Under the pieces are notes generated by a model. It was not told the origin of the DNA. It saw nothing but the letters and a program-made list of their open reading frames with translations, and made no database searches. This document shows, in pieces, positions 28,977-39,627 of a stretch of 64,000 bases of DNA. The stretch covers positions 40,609-104,608 of the forward strand of contig JBMOMX010000008.1 in assembly GCA_049323435.1 (NCBI GenBank). Direction: 5' to 3'. This DNA comes from Pseudomonadota bacterium (GTDB taxonomy: Bacteria; Pseudomonadota; Alphaproteobacteria; UBA11222). The translations under genes and the position numbers were made by a program. The first letter of the stretch is position 1. The number at the start of each line of letters is the position of its first letter.

Positions 28977-29885
28977 TCACCCCGCCGAATAAACCGCATC
29001 CGGCCCCGGCGCGCCCGCGCATTTGGCGCGGCCGGTTTCCACCATGTGCAGCAGATGCGCCAGCACGGAACGCCCGGCGGCGGGCCATAATTTTGCGTCC
29101 ACATCCTTGTACATCACCGGCACCATATCGGTGATCTTGCCGATACCATCGCGCAGGCAGGCGGCGATCTGCGCTTCGCGGTCATGGCGGTGGGCAATAT
29201 AGGCGCGCACAAAATTCTGCGGGTCGCGGATCGCCGGGCCATGCGTCGGCCAGTAAATTTCATCATCGCGCGGCAGCAATATTTCCAGGCTCGCCATATA
29301 ATCCTTCATGTCGCCATCGGGCGGCGAGATGACGGTGGTGGACCAGCCCATCACATGATCGCCGGTGAACAGCGCCTTTTCCTCACGCAACGCAAAACAG
29401 ATATGGTTCGAAGTGTGCCCCGGCGTGTGCACGCATTCCACGGTCCAGCCTTCGCCCCTGATCACATCGCCGTGCCGCACCGTGACATCGGGAACAAAGT
29501 CCTTGTCGCCGCCCGCCTCCACCTGCTGGCCTTCCAGAATGCCCTTGCCGGAACCATGCGGGCCAAAGCCATAGGATTTCGGATTGCCCATCAATTTTTT
29601 CAGCGGCGTGGTGGCCGGCGAATGGTCCATATGCGTATGGGTGATCAGAATATGGGTGATGGTTTCGCCCTTCAGCCCGTTCACGATCGCCTGCACATGA
29701 TCATTATCCAGCGGCCCGGGGTCGATCACCGCCACCTTGCCCTTGCCGATAATATAGGTGCCCGTGCCATGCTGGGTAAAACCGCTGGGGTTATTTGCGA
29801 TCACCCGGCGGATCATCGGCGTGATCTGCTGCATCGCGCCATATTCAAACGTCAGTTCACGGACATAGGGAATGGTGACAGCCAT
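28977..29885 (-). CDS. MBL-fold metallo-hydrolase
   Basis: HTHMDH (HxHxDH) metal-binding motif. 302 aa. Immediately downstream of the mutase gene. Confidence 0.8.
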   Translation of the reverse strand: MAVTIPYVRELTFEYGAMQQITPMIRRVIANNPSGFTQHGTGTYIIGKGKVAVIDPGPLDNDHVQAIVNGLKGETITHILITHTHMDHSPATTPLKKLMGNPKSYGFGPHGSGKGILEGQQVEAGGDKDFVPDVTVRHGDVIRGEGWTVECVHTPGHTSNHICFALREEKALFTGDHVMGWSTTVISPPDGDMKDYMASLEILLPRDDEIYWPTHGPAIRDPQNFVRAYIAHRHDREAQIAACLRDGIGKITDMVPVMYKDVDAKLWPAAGRSVLAHLLHMVETGRAKCAGAPGPDAVYSAG

Positions 29886-29893
29886 AATGATTC

Positions 29894-32041
29894 CTATTCT
29901 GCCGCCAGCGGGCGGTGTGCGCGGATAAGTTCAAGAATTTTTGCGGCCGCCAGCGGAATATTGGTGCCGGGGCCGAAAATGCCCGCAACGCCCGCTTTGT
30001 ACAGGAAATCATAATCCTGCTGCGGAATGACGCCGCCGCAAATAACCATGATATCTTCCGCGCCCTGTTTTTTCAGTTCCGCAATCAGTTCCGGCACCAG
30101 GGTTTTATGCCCCGCCGCCTGCGATGACACGCCGACCACATGCACGTCATTTTCCACCGCGTCGCGCGCCACCTCGGCGGGCGTCTGGAACAGCGGCCCG
30201 ACATCCACGTCAAAGCCGATATCGGCGAAGGCGGTGGCGATCACCTTGGCGCCGCGGTCATGCCCGTCCTGGCCCATTTTCACAACCAGCATGCGCGGCC
30301 GGCGGCCTTCGTCCCTGGCGAAACTTTCCACGTCGCGCTGGATTTTCTCAAAGCCCGCATCGCCGTCATAGGCCGCGCCATAAACGCCCGCAATGGATTG
30401 CACCTGGGCGCGATGGCGGCCAAACACTTCTTCCATCGCATCGGATATTTCACCAACCGTGGCGCGCGCGCGCGCCGCATCCACCGCCAGCGCCAGCAGA
30501 TTGCCATTGCCTTTGGCGCCCTCGGTTAATGCCACAAGCGCTGCTTTGCATTTGGCTTCGTCGCGCGCCGCACGGGTTTTTTTAAGCCGCACAATCTGGC
30601 TGTCGCGCACGGCGGCGTTATCCACATCCAGAATATCCATCTGTTCGCGGCTGTCAGTCTGATAGCGGTTGACGCCGACAATCACTTCTTCGCCCCGGTC
30701 GATGCGGGCCTGACGGCGCGCCGCAGCCTCTTCGATTCTCAGCTTGGGCATACCGCTCGCCACCGCCTTGGTCATGCCGCCCAGTTCCTCGACCTCGGCC
30801 ATCAGCTTGCGTGCGGCCACGGCCAGCTCATTGGTCAGCGCCTCAATGTAATAGGAACCGCCAAGCGGATCGACGACGTTACAGACGCCGGTTTCTTCCT
30901 GCAAAATAAGCTGCGTGTTACGCGCGATGCGCGCCGAAAAATCCGTAGGCAGAGCAATCGCCTCGTCGAGCGCGTTGGTGTGCAGGCTTTGCGTGCCGCC
31001 CAGAACCGCGGCCATCGCCTCAAACGCCGTGCGCACGACATTATTGTACGGATCCTGTTCGGTCAGCGATACACCGCTGGTCTGGCAATGGGTGCGCAAC
31101 ATGCCGCTTTGCGGATTTTTGGCGTTAAAGCCAGCCATGATTTCTGCCCATAACAGGCGCGCGGCGCGCAGCTTGGCGATCTCCATGAAAAAATTCATGC
31201 CGATGGCGAAAAAGAACGAAAGGCGCGGTGCAAATTCATCCACATCGAGGCCCGCCGCCAGCGCCGCGCGGACATATTCCTTGCCATCGGCCAGCGTAAA
31301 GGCCAGTTCCTGCACTTGCGTGGCGCCAGCTTCCTGCATGTGATAGCCGGAAATCGAAATGGTGTTGAATTTCGGCATATGTTTGGAGGCATAGCCGATA
31401 ATATCGGCGACAATGCGCATACTGGGTTCGGGCGGATAGATATAGGTATTGCGCACCATAAATTCTTTCAGAATGTCATTCTGAATGGTGCCGGAAAGCT
31501 TATCGGCCGTAACGCCCTGTTCCTCGGCGGCGACAATATAATTGGCGAGGATCGGAATGACCGCGCCGTTCATGGTCATCGACACTGACATTTTATCGAG
31601 CGGAATACCGTCAAACAGGATTTTCATATCCTCGACGGAATCAATCGCCACGCCGGCCTTGCCGACATCGCCGGTGACGCGCGGATGGTCGCTGTCATAA
31701 CCGCGATGGGTGGCCAGATCAAACGCGACCGATAGGCCCATCTGCCCCGCCGCCAGATTGCGCCGGTAAAAGGCGTTGGATTCCTCGGCCGTGGAAAAGC
31801 CCGCATATTGACGCACCGTCCAGGGCCGCCCGGCATACATGGTGGCCTTGACGCCGCGCACATAGGGCGAAAAGCCTGGCAGGCTATCGGCGAAATCCAG
31901 CCCGGCCACATCCGCCGCCGTATAGAGCGGGCGGACATCAATGCCTTCGGGCGTATGCCAGACAAGATCGTCCAGCGGTTTTTTGCCCAGCTCTTTGGCC
32001 GCCAGCGCGCGCCATTCATCCATTGTCGGTTTCTTCGCCAT
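29894..32041 (-). CDS. Methylmalonyl-CoA mutase, large (alpha) subunit with C-terminal B12-binding domain
   Basis: 715 aa. N-terminal mutase barrel. C-terminal [21 protein letters not shown] cobalamin-binding (DxHxxG-type) region. Confidence 0.9.
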   Translation of the reverse strand: MAKKPTMDEWRALAAKELGKKPLDDLVWHTPEGIDVRPLYTAADVAGLDFADSLPGFSPYVRGVKATMYAGRPWTVRQYAGFSTAEESNAFYRRNLAAGQMGLSVAFDLATHRGYDSDHPRVTGDVGKAGVAIDSVEDMKILFDGIPLDKMSVSMTMNGAVIPILANYIVAAEEQGVTADKLSGTIQNDILKEFMVRNTYIYPPEPSMRIVADIIGYASKHMPKFNTISISGYHMQEAGATQVQELAFTLADGKEYVRAALAAGLDVDEFAPRLSFFFAIGMNFFMEIAKLRAARLLWAEIMAGFNAKNPQSGMLRTHCQTSGVSLTEQDPYNNVVRTAFEAMAAVLGGTQSLHTNALDEAIALPTDFSARIARNTQLILQEETGVCNVVDPLGGSYYIEALTNELAVAARKLMAEVEELGGMTKAVASGMPKLRIEEAAARRQARIDRGEEVIVGVNRYQTDSREQMDILDVDNAAVRDSQIVRLKKTRAARDEAKCKAALVALTEGAKGNGNLLALAVDAARARATVGEISDAMEEVFGRHRAQVQSIAGVYGAAYDGDAGFEKIQRDVESFARDEGRRPRMLVVKMGQDGHDRGAKVIATAFADIGFDVDVGPLFQTPAEVARDAVENDVHVVGVSSQAAGHKTLVPELIAELKKQGAEDIMVICGGVIPQQDYDFLYKAGVAGIFGPGTNIPLAAAKILELIRAHRPLAAE

Positions 32042-32097
32042 ATGCTGTCCTACGCGTCCTGATTATGCTTTGCGCCAGTATAACATGACCGGATGGA

Positions 32098-33765
32098 TTA
32101 TTCACCTGCCGTGGCGGGTCTGGGCCCGCCCAGCGGGGGCGGCGCGGCGGGCAGGGCGGCGGCCTTGGCCTTGCGGGCGCGCAACAGCAGCAGGGCCGGG
32201 ATAATAGCCAGCGCAAATACATAGCTCATGATCAGAAAACAGTCGCGGAAGGCCAGCATATAGGCCTGGGAATAGATCATCCGCCCCAGATAGAACAGCG
32301 CCACATCCTGTTGCGCTAACTCTGTCAGTCCCGCCAGATCAAAGGCGCCGGACAGCCGGTCCAGCAGTTCCTGCGTCGCGGTATTGGCCGCCGTCTGGGT
32401 GGCGGTCATCGCCTCCAGAAAGAAGTTGGTGCGTTGCGACAGCATGATCGAGGACAGATTGACCCCGAACGCGCCGCCAAGCTGGCGCACGAAATTATTG
32501 ACGCCCGAGGCCTGTGACATCAGATGCAGCGGCATCGCCCCCATCGCGGCGGCCGTCATCGCGGGCATCACCATGCCCAGCCCGACACGCCCGACCATAA
32601 TCCAGATGGTGATCGCCACAAAGGGCGCATCCAGATCAAGCCCGGTCATCAGATAACAGGAGAAAGAAAAAATCAGCATACCCGTGACGATGGGAATGAC
32701 CGGGCCGTAGCGGTCGCTCATCGCGCCCGCCACCGGAAACACAAACACCATAATCAGGCCTGGCGCCATCAGCATCAATCCCGCCGATAGCGCCGTGCTG
32801 CCCTGCACGGTCTGTAAAAACAGCGGCGCCAGATAGGTTGAACCGAACAGGCCGCCGCCAAAGACAAATAATATAATCGCCACCAGCCCGAACGAGGGCT
32901 GCATAAACACCCGCAATTGCAGCAACGGCTGCGGGGTCATTATTTCAACAAGGATGAAGGTCACAAACGACACGCCCGCCGTGATCAGCAGCGCCAGCAC
33001 ATGATTTTCATGCCAGCCTTCCTGCTGTCCCTCGCTTAGCCCCACCAGCAGGCAGAAGACAAAGATGGACGCCAGAAAAAGCCCCGCCCAATCGAATTTT
33101 TCGCGCGGCCCGGTGGCTTCGCGGTCAATCAGAAATATCGAACCCAGCGCAATCGCCACAAACAACAGCGGCAATTCCAGAAAGAAAATATACCGCCAGC
33201 CCAGCGCATCAATCACCAGGCCGCCAATGCTGGGGCCAAGGGCGGGCGCCATAACCGTGCCCATGGCGAAAATGCCCATGGCGCGGCCGCGCTGTTCGGG
33301 CGGAAACACCTGAAACATGATCAGCATGGTCAGCGGCGTCATCAACCCCGCCGCCGCACCCTGAAACACGCGGATGGCGATCAGCACATCCTCATTGGGC
33401 GCAAACATGCCCGCAATTGAACCGGCCATGAATATGGTCAGCGAGGTCAGGAAAGTGAAACGCACGCCAAAGGAATGCACCATCCAGCTATTGGCCAGCA
33501 TGGTGATCGTGCTGGACGCCATAAAGCCGGTGGCCAGCCATTGCGCCTTGTCCTGGCCAATGCCGAACGCGCCGATAATTTCCGGGATCACCACATTGAC
33601 AATGGTCGCGGGCAGCAGCGTCGCCAGCGTGCCGAACATTGCCGTCATCACCACCAGCATCCGGTAATTGGGGCCAAATTCTGCGAATTTCGCAGCGATT
33701 GCCGGGCTGGTATGGGGGCCGGCCCCGGCGGGTGCCGCCGCCGGGCTACCGGCCTGGGATGTCAA
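32098..33765 (-). CDS. emrB: MFS transporter, DHA2 (EmrB/QacA) family, 14-TMS drug efflux
   Basis: 555 aa polytopic. MFS motifs. Overlaps the emrA-like gene upstream. Confidence 0.85.
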   Translation of the reverse strand: MTSQAGSPAAAPAGAGPHTSPAIAAKFAEFGPNYRMLVVMTAMFGTLATLLPATIVNVVIPEIIGAFGIGQDKAQWLATGFMASSTITMLANSWMVHSFGVRFTFLTSLTIFMAGSIAGMFAPNEDVLIAIRVFQGAAAGLMTPLTMLIMFQVFPPEQRGRAMGIFAMGTVMAPALGPSIGGLVIDALGWRYIFFLELPLLFVAIALGSIFLIDREATGPREKFDWAGLFLASIFVFCLLVGLSEGQQEGWHENHVLALLITAGVSFVTFILVEIMTPQPLLQLRVFMQPSFGLVAIILFVFGGGLFGSTYLAPLFLQTVQGSTALSAGLMLMAPGLIMVFVFPVAGAMSDRYGPVIPIVTGMLIFSFSCYLMTGLDLDAPFVAITIWIMVGRVGLGMVMPAMTAAAMGAMPLHLMSQASGVNNFVRQLGGAFGVNLSSIMLSQRTNFFLEAMTATQTAANTATQELLDRLSGAFDLAGLTELAQQDVALFYLGRMIYSQAYMLAFRDCFLIMSYVFALAIIPALLLLRARKAKAAALPAAPPPLGGPRPATAGE

Positions 33766-34894
33766 TGGCGACCTCCACCATCATGCCCGGCTTCAAAAGA
33801 TAGTCGCGCTGCGCCACATCAATGCGCACCTCAAGGCGCTGCGCGATTTTGGTGAAGTTTCCGCTGGGATTGGGATTGGGCAGCAGCGCGAACTGGCTTG
33901 TCGCCGCATTGCCGATGCGCACCACCTTGCCGTCAAATTTTTCACCTGGATAGGCGTCCACCGAAACCGTGGCGTGCGCGCCAATTTTAACATGACGGAT
34001 TTCGTTTTCCTTGATATTGGCATTGACCCAGATATTGTTCTGATCATGGACCATCAGCAGCCGCTGGCCGGGGCGCACATATTCACCCGGATTGGCGAAG
34101 GTTTCATCAACGACGCCGGAGATCGGGCTTTTCACCGCGCGATCCGAAATGTCCAGGGCCTGACGTTCACGCTGCGCCGTTAGGCGCATCACCTGCGCAT
34201 CCAGAATGTTCAGCCGTTCGCGCAGCACCTCCAATTCCATGCGCGCCGACTGCGCCGACGCACTGGATGCGCGCGCGGCCTCAACCGCGGCCTGGGCGCG
34301 CTCATATTCCTGTTCCGACCTGGTGGCGCGGTTGCGTTCGGTCTCCCAGCGCTGCCTGGAAATTACTTTATCCGTGTACAGCGTATCTATGCGTTTGAAA
34401 TCGGCGCGCGCCAGTTGCAGGTCGGAGGCGGCGCTGTTGGCGCGGGCCTGCGCCTCAGCCAGCATTGCCTGCGCCATGTCGAACTGGCTTTTGGTGCGCT
34501 GATCCACCTGATCGCGGTTCAGCACCAGTGCGGCCCTTTCGGCGCGCGCCGCACTCAGCCCCGCATCTATTTCCGTCAGCATCAGGCCTGCTTCACGCGG
34601 ATCAATTTCGACCAGCAGATCGCCCTTCAGAACCGTTGCACCTTCTTTGGCCGGAAAACTGGTGATCCATCCCGCCACCCGGCTGCTGACCGACACCATG
34701 GTGGCGGAAAGTCTGGAATCCTGCACATAGACATGGGAATAGCGCCCATAGAGCCAGACGCCGATCACCAGCAAGGCGATGAGCCCGGCGCCGCCGAGCA
34801 GCAGCATCCGCGCTCTGGGCGTTCCGGCCACTTCACCGATCAGACCCTGGCCACGGGCGCGCATCCTGGCGATGCCGTTTGACATATCGTTCAT
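33746..34894 (-). CDS. emrA: HlyD-family membrane fusion protein (EmrA-like)
   Basis: N-terminal TM. Long coiled-coil and biotinyl/lipoyl-like and beta-barrel domains. Confidence 0.85.
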   Translation of the reverse strand: MNDMSNGIARMRARGQGLIGEVAGTPRARMLLLGGAGLIALLVIGVWLYGRYSHVYVQDSRLSATMVSVSSRVAGWITSFPAKEGATVLKGDLLVEIDPREAGLMLTEIDAGLSAARAERAALVLNRDQVDQRTKSQFDMAQAMLAEAQARANSAASDLQLARADFKRIDTLYTDKVISRQRWETERNRATRSEQEYERAQAAVEAARASSASAQSARMELEVLRERLNILDAQVMRLTAQRERQALDISDRAVKSPISGVVDETFANPGEYVRPGQRLLMVHDQNNIWVNANIKENEIRHVKIGAHATVSVDAYPGEKFDGKVVRIGNAATSQFALLPNPNPSGNFTKIAQRLEVRIDVAQRDYLLKPGMMVEVAIDIPGR

Positions 34895-35272
34895 TGCATA
34901 CCTGACGGGTGATCTGTCTGATCAGACGGTTATATCCGTATTATCTGTATGGTCTCAGATTAGACCAGATTACGGGCTTTGCTCAAACGAATCTTTGATC
35001 ATGGATTCAACAGGTTTGCGCCACTTAATGATTTGAGCTTTCCCTTTGATATGAATTGGTGTTTAATCGCAGTGAGCTACTACATTTAGTGCGTGAACGA
35101 ATCACGAAGAGCGTGAACTTGCCGATTCGGGCTTGGCTTGTTCCAGTTTGGTTCCGGCATATGGGTGGGTTGTGAATAAGTTTGTTAACCTCTTCCAGTC
35201 ACTACCGGCGCTCTATTTTCTCAGGCTGAATGACGGTTGCTTCCGTCTTTGTGCCGGGGCATGGTCAGAACC

Positions 35273-38200
35273 ATGAATATTCATCCCCAGAGCCGGTTTC
35301 GGCGCGCCGGATACGCGGCGGAGCGCGGGGATGTCACCGCCATTCTGGGGCCAACCAATACCGGCAAGACCCATCTGGCGGTTGAACGTATGCTGGGTCA
35401 TGCCAGCGGCATGATCGGGCTGCCCCTGCGCCTGCTGGCCCGGGAAATCTATGACCGGGTGGTGCGGATGCGGGGCGCGGCCTCGGTCGCGCTGATCACC
35501 GGCGAAGAAAAAATCCTGCCCGCGCGGCCTGCATATTACGTCTGCACGGTGGAATCCATGCCGGTCAGCATCGAAACCGAATTTCTGGCGGTCGATGAAA
35601 TCCAGCTTTGTACAGATGCCGAGCGCGGGCATATTTTCACCGACCGGCTGCTGCATGCACGCGGGCGGCGCGAGACCATGTTTCTGGGCGCTGAAACCAT
35701 GCGGCCGCTGTTGCGCCAATTGCTGCCCGAGGCGCGTTTTATCTCCCGCCCGCGTTTTTCGCATCTCAGCTATGCAGGTTCGAACAAGCTCAGCCGCATG
35801 CCGCGGCGCTCTGCGATCGTCGCCTTTTCCTCCGATGCGGTTTATGGCATTGCCGAATTGATCCGCCGTCAGCGCGGCGGCGCCGCCGTGGTGATGGGGT
35901 CGCTCAGCCCGCGCACCCGCAATGCGCAGGTGGCGCTGTTTCAGTCCGGTGAGGTGGATTTTCTGGTCGCTACCGACGCCATCGGCATGGGCATCAATAT
36001 GGATGTGGATCATATCGCCTTTGCATCTTTAAGCAAATTTGACGGCTTCGGGCATCGCGATCTGCGTGCCACTGAAATTGCGCAGATTGCCGGGCGCGCC
36101 GGACGTTATCTGAATGACGGTACTTTTGGCACGACCGGAGACGCCGGCCAGATGGATGAAGATCTGATAGGTCAGGTGGAGAACCATCAGTTTGATCCCA
36201 TCCGCAGCATCAAATGGCGCAATTCGGCGCTGGATTTCGGCAGTGTGGCGCGGCTGGTCGCCAGCCTGGAAATGGCCCCGCCGCTGCGCGGGCTGGGCCG
36301 GACACGGGAAAATTGCGATCTGACGGCATTACGTCTTCTGGCGGCGGATGCGGGCATGGCCCGGATGGCCACGGCGCCCGCCGCCGTGAAACGCCTGTGG
36401 CAGGTCTGCCAGATCCCTGATTTCCGCAAGCTCGGCCCGGAACTGCATGCCCGCATGCTGGCGGAACTGTACCACCATTATATGAGCCCTTCAGGCGTGA
36501 TCCCCGAAGACTATGCCGCGCGCCATATTGACTGGCTTGACAAAGTGGACGGGGACATAGACACCCTGTCCACCCGGATCGCCCATATCCGCACCTGGAC
36601 CTTTATTGCCAACCGGTCCGGGTGGCTGGCTGATTCTAACTATTGGCGTGAGCGCACCCGCGGGATAGAAGATAGATTATCTGATGCGCTGCATCAGCGA
36701 TTGACCCAGCGCTTCATTGATCGCCGCACCAGCGTGTTGATGAAGCGGCTACATCAAAAGGAAGAGCTTATGGCTTCGCTCACCCCTGAGGGCGATGTAA
36801 TGGTTGAAGGCGAATTTGTCGGCCGTCTTGACGGCTTCCGCTTTTCGGCCGATCCCAGCGTTGACGGCATTCATGCACACACGCTGCGCAACGCCGCTGC
36901 ACAAGCCTTGCAGGGCGAAATCGGCGCGCGCGCGTTCCGGCTGGACCGCCATGCGCGCATTGATGACGGCAAGATCATTGCCATCGGGGATGATGGCTTG
37001 ATCCGCTGGGAAGGCATGGTAGTGGCGCGGCTGTGCCCTGGCCCGGAAATACTGAGCCCGGGCGTGGAATTGATCGCCGATAGCGACCTGCTGTCCGGCC
37101 CCTCGGAAGCAGCGGTGCGCGAGGCGCTGGAAGGCTGGCTGACACGGCGCATCCGCACGGTGCTGGAGCCGCTGATTGCGCTCAGGGACGCAACGGATCT
37201 GACTGGAACCGGTAAGGGCCTGGCCTTTCAACTGGTCGAGGCGCTGGGCCTGCTGCCCCGTGCCGGTGTGGCCGCATTTGTGAAGAATGTCGATCAGGCA
37301 GAGCGCGCCAAATTGCGTAAACTGGGTGTGCGCTTTGGCGAACATTATATTTACATGCCGGCGCTGCTCAAACCAGCCGCTGCCAGCATGAAACTGCGCC
37401 TGTGGCGGGTCGCCAACCGCATTGAAGGGCCGCTCAATATTCCCGCCGCCGGCCTGTCCTCGGCGCCTGTCGATCCGGCCATGCCGGAAGGTTTTTATCT
37501 GACGGCCGGATATGGTGTGTGCGGGCCGCGCGCCATCCGGATCGACATGCTGGAACGCCTGCTGGTGCAATTGCGCCAGAAAAATGCCAGCGGCCCGTTC
37601 GCGCTCAGTGCGCAGCTCTGGTCGCCGGTAGGTTGCGGGGTGCGTGATTTTGAAAATGTCATGCGCGCGCTGGGTTATGCCCCTGTGGCGCAAGCGGCGC
37701 CCACGGCGGATATGCAGCCGGAGGTGCCGGAATCCCTTCCTGATGAACCGGCTGAGCCGCAGGAAGAACAATTGGTTATGGCGCTGGAAACGCAGGACGA
37801 GGATATGCCGGAGGCGCCGCCGCCCGCTGAAATGCTGGAAGAAAATCTGGAGCTGGACCTTGGCTTTGCGTCCGAAACCTCCGAAGCCCCGGCAGCCGGC
37901 CCCGCAGACGAGACCGGCCCGGCCCCGCAATTATGGAAATTTCAGCCGCCGCGCGCCCCCAGGCATACGCCCCGGCCAAAGTCCCCAAAGCCGCACCGCG
38001 AACACCATATTCCAAAACGCGATACGGGTGAAACACGCCTGCTAGATCCCGCCACCCTCCAGGCCCGTGAGGCCGCGCGCGAGGCCGCAAAAGCCAGGCA
38101 GACGCAAAAACCCAACCCCAAACCGAAGCAGAAGCAGAAATTTCAGAGCGGCGCTGAAAAATCGCCCGGCACCGTCAGGTTAAGCAACCCGCAACAGACA

Positions 38201-38299
38201 CAAAAGCCGCGCCCGCCCGCCACCGAAAAACCCATTGATCCGGACTCGCCCTTCGCGAAGCTGCAGGCCCTGAAGGAGCGCATGCAGAAATCCGCCTAG
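35273..38299 (+). CDS. SUV3-like DExH-box RNA helicase with ~330-aa low-complexity Pro/Glu/Ala/Lys-rich C-terminal tail
   Basis: ILGPTNTGKTH (Walker A), VDEIQL (DEIQ), GSLSPRTRNAQVALFQSG and LVATDAIGMGINM closely parallel mitochondrial SUV3 motifs. Tail from about aa 690 is disordered. Confidence 0.8.
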   Translation: MNIHPQSRFRRAGYAAERGDVTAILGPTNTGKTHLAVERMLGHASGMIGLPLRLLAREIYDRVVRMRGAASVALITGEEKILPARPAYYVCTVESMPVSIETEFLAVDEIQLCTDAERGHIFTDRLLHARGRRETMFLGAETMRPLLRQLLPEARFISRPRFSHLSYAGSNKLSRMPRRSAIVAFSSDAVYGIAELIRRQRGGAAVVMGSLSPRTRNAQVALFQSGEVDFLVATDAIGMGINMDVDHIAFASLSKFDGFGHRDLRATEIAQIAGRAGRYLNDGTFGTTGDAGQMDEDLIGQVENHQFDPIRSIKWRNSALDFGSVARLVASLEMAPPLRGLGRTRENCDLTALRLLAADAGMARMATAPAAVKRLWQVCQIPDFRKLGPELHARMLAELYHHYMSPSGVIPEDYAARHIDWLDKVDGDIDTLSTRIAHIRTWTFIANRSGWLADSNYWRERTRGIEDRLSDALHQRLTQRFIDRRTSVLMKRLHQKEELMASLTPEGDVMVEGEFVGRLDGFRFSADPSVDGIHAHTLRNAAAQALQGEIGARAFRLDRHARIDDGKIIAIGDDGLIRWEGMVVARLCPGPEILSPGVELIADSDLLSGPSEAAVREALEGWLTRRIRTVLEPLIALRDATDLTGTGKGLAFQLVEALGLLPRAGVAAFVKNVDQAERAKLRKLGVRFGEHYIYMPALLKPAAASMKLRLWRVANRIEGPLNIPAAGLSSAPVDPAMPEGFYLTAGYGVCGPRAIRIDMLERLLVQLRQKNASGPFALSAQLWSPVGCGVRDFENVMRALGYAPVAQAAPTADMQPEVPESLPDEPAEPQEEQLVMALETQDEDMPEAPPPAEMLEENLELDLGFASETSEAPAAGPADETGPAPQLWKFQPPRAPRHTPRPKSPKPHREHHIPKRDTGETRLLDPATLQAREAAREAAKARQTQKPNPKPKQKQKFQSGAEKSPGTVRLSNPQQTQKPRPPATEKPIDPDSPFAKLQALKERMQKSA

Positions 38300-38314
38300 A
38301 CAGACAGGAGACCC

Positions 38315-38695
38315 ATGACCGCAGCCAGCCTGGTGCAATCCGAACCCTGTTTTAGCAGCCTGCGCGTGGATAAATGGCTATGGCATTGCCGGATTTTCAA
38401 AAGCCGGTCTGCTGCCGCCCGTTTTGTCAGCACCGGCAGGATGCGTGTCAACAGCCGGCCAATCGCCAAACCGGCCCATATATTGAAGCCCGGCGATATA
38501 TTGACCTTTGTATGGCGCGACCGGGTTCATGTGCTTCAGGTTCAGGCGCTTGGCGTGCGGCGCGGCCCGCCCTCCGCCGCGCACAGCCTTTACACCGATC
38601 TGTCCGATCCCGTACTTGCGCCCGCGCCATGCCCCATGCTAGATCGAGAATATGGTCAATCGTATTCTGGCGCTACTCACGCGGCTACCGGCTAG
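38315..38695 (+). CDS. S4-domain RNA-binding protein (Hsp15/HslR-like)
   Basis: LRVDKWLWHCRIFKSRSAAARFVSTGRMRVNSRPIAKPAHILKPGDIL is an S4 domain. Confidence 0.7.
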   Translation: MTAASLVQSEPCFSSLRVDKWLWHCRIFKSRSAAARFVSTGRMRVNSRPIAKPAHILKPGDILTFVWRDRVHVLQVQALGVRRGPPSAAHSLYTDLSDPVLAPAPCPMLDREYGQSYSGATHAATG

Positions 38696-39119
38696 GCAGG
38701 CGGCGCAAAATCCCGTTAATACCCCAACGGAAAAGCATCTGGCAGCCGTGGCGCTGCTGGTTGAGGCGGCATGCCTTGACGGGCATTTCGGCGCGGTGGA
38801 ACAGGACGCCATTCAGCGCATCGCAGCCGAACGGTTCGCGCTGAATGCCGAGGAAGTTGCGACCCTGTTTACGCTGGCCCAACAGCGCCAGGACAGTTCC
38901 AACCAGCTTTTTCGCTTCACCCACGAAATCAATCAGTCCTATACCCCTGAGGAACGGGTCGAAATAGTGGAAATGCTGTGGGAAGTCGTTTATGCAGACG
39001 GGGTTTTGCATGATTATGAAGCCAATCTGATGCGCCGGATTGGCGGACTGATTTATGTATCGGACATGGATCGCGGCAATGCCCGAAAACGGGTTATGGC
39101 GCGATTGGGAATTGAGTGA
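38652..39119 (+). CDS. TerB-family (tellurite-resistance-like / DjlA N-domain-like) protein
   Basis: 155 aa helical protein with the TerB-like fold signature. Overlaps the S4 gene 3' end. Confidence 0.6.
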   Translation: MVNRILALLTRLPARQAAQNPVNTPTEKHLAAVALLVEAACLDGHFGAVEQDAIQRIAAERFALNAEEVATLFTLAQQRQDSSNQLFRFTHEINQSYTPEERVEIVEMLWEVVYADGVLHDYEANLMRRIGGLIYVSDMDRGNARKRVMARLGIE

Positions 39120-39170
39120 TAAGCAGTGCCGCCAGTTATTCTGGACAGGGCGCGATTTACGGAGGATTGG

Positions 39171-39503
39171 ATGACTTATATCGTCACAGAGGCCTGCATT
39201 AAGTGCAAATTCATGGACTGTGTGGAGGTCTGTCCCGTGGACTGTTTCTACGAGGGCGAGAACATGCTGGTGATTCACCCGGATGAATGTATTGACTGTG
39301 GCGTTTGTGAGCCGGAATGCCCGGCCGAGGCCATTGTCCCGGACACCGAGCCGGGCCATGAGAAAATTGCCGGGGTTAACCGCGAATATGCCCTGAAATG
39401 GCCCAATATCACCGTCGCGGGCACCCCGCCCGATGATGCCGAGGATTTCAAGGGCGTGGACGGCAAGTTTGACAAATATTTCAGCCCTAAACCGGGCCAT
39501 TGA
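39171..39503 (+). CDS. fdxA: 7Fe ferredoxin ([3Fe-4S][4Fe-4S])
   Basis: [55 protein letters not shown] is the canonical FdxA cysteine pattern. Confidence 0.9.
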   Translation: MTYIVTEACIKCKFMDCVEVCPVDCFYEGENMLVIHPDECIDCGVCEPECPAEAIVPDTEPGHEKIAGVNREYALKWPNITVAGTPPDDAEDFKGVDGKFDKYFSPKPGH

Positions 39504-39627
39504 TGCTGTTTGCGGCGGGCCGGCCTAACATGTGCGCCCGCCTGTCTTTTTTTGCGCTGTAACCAGTTCTTAGGAAAAATCCGGCATAGTGCGTGCCGTG
39601 AATTCATCCAAAAGGGCGGGTAGACTG

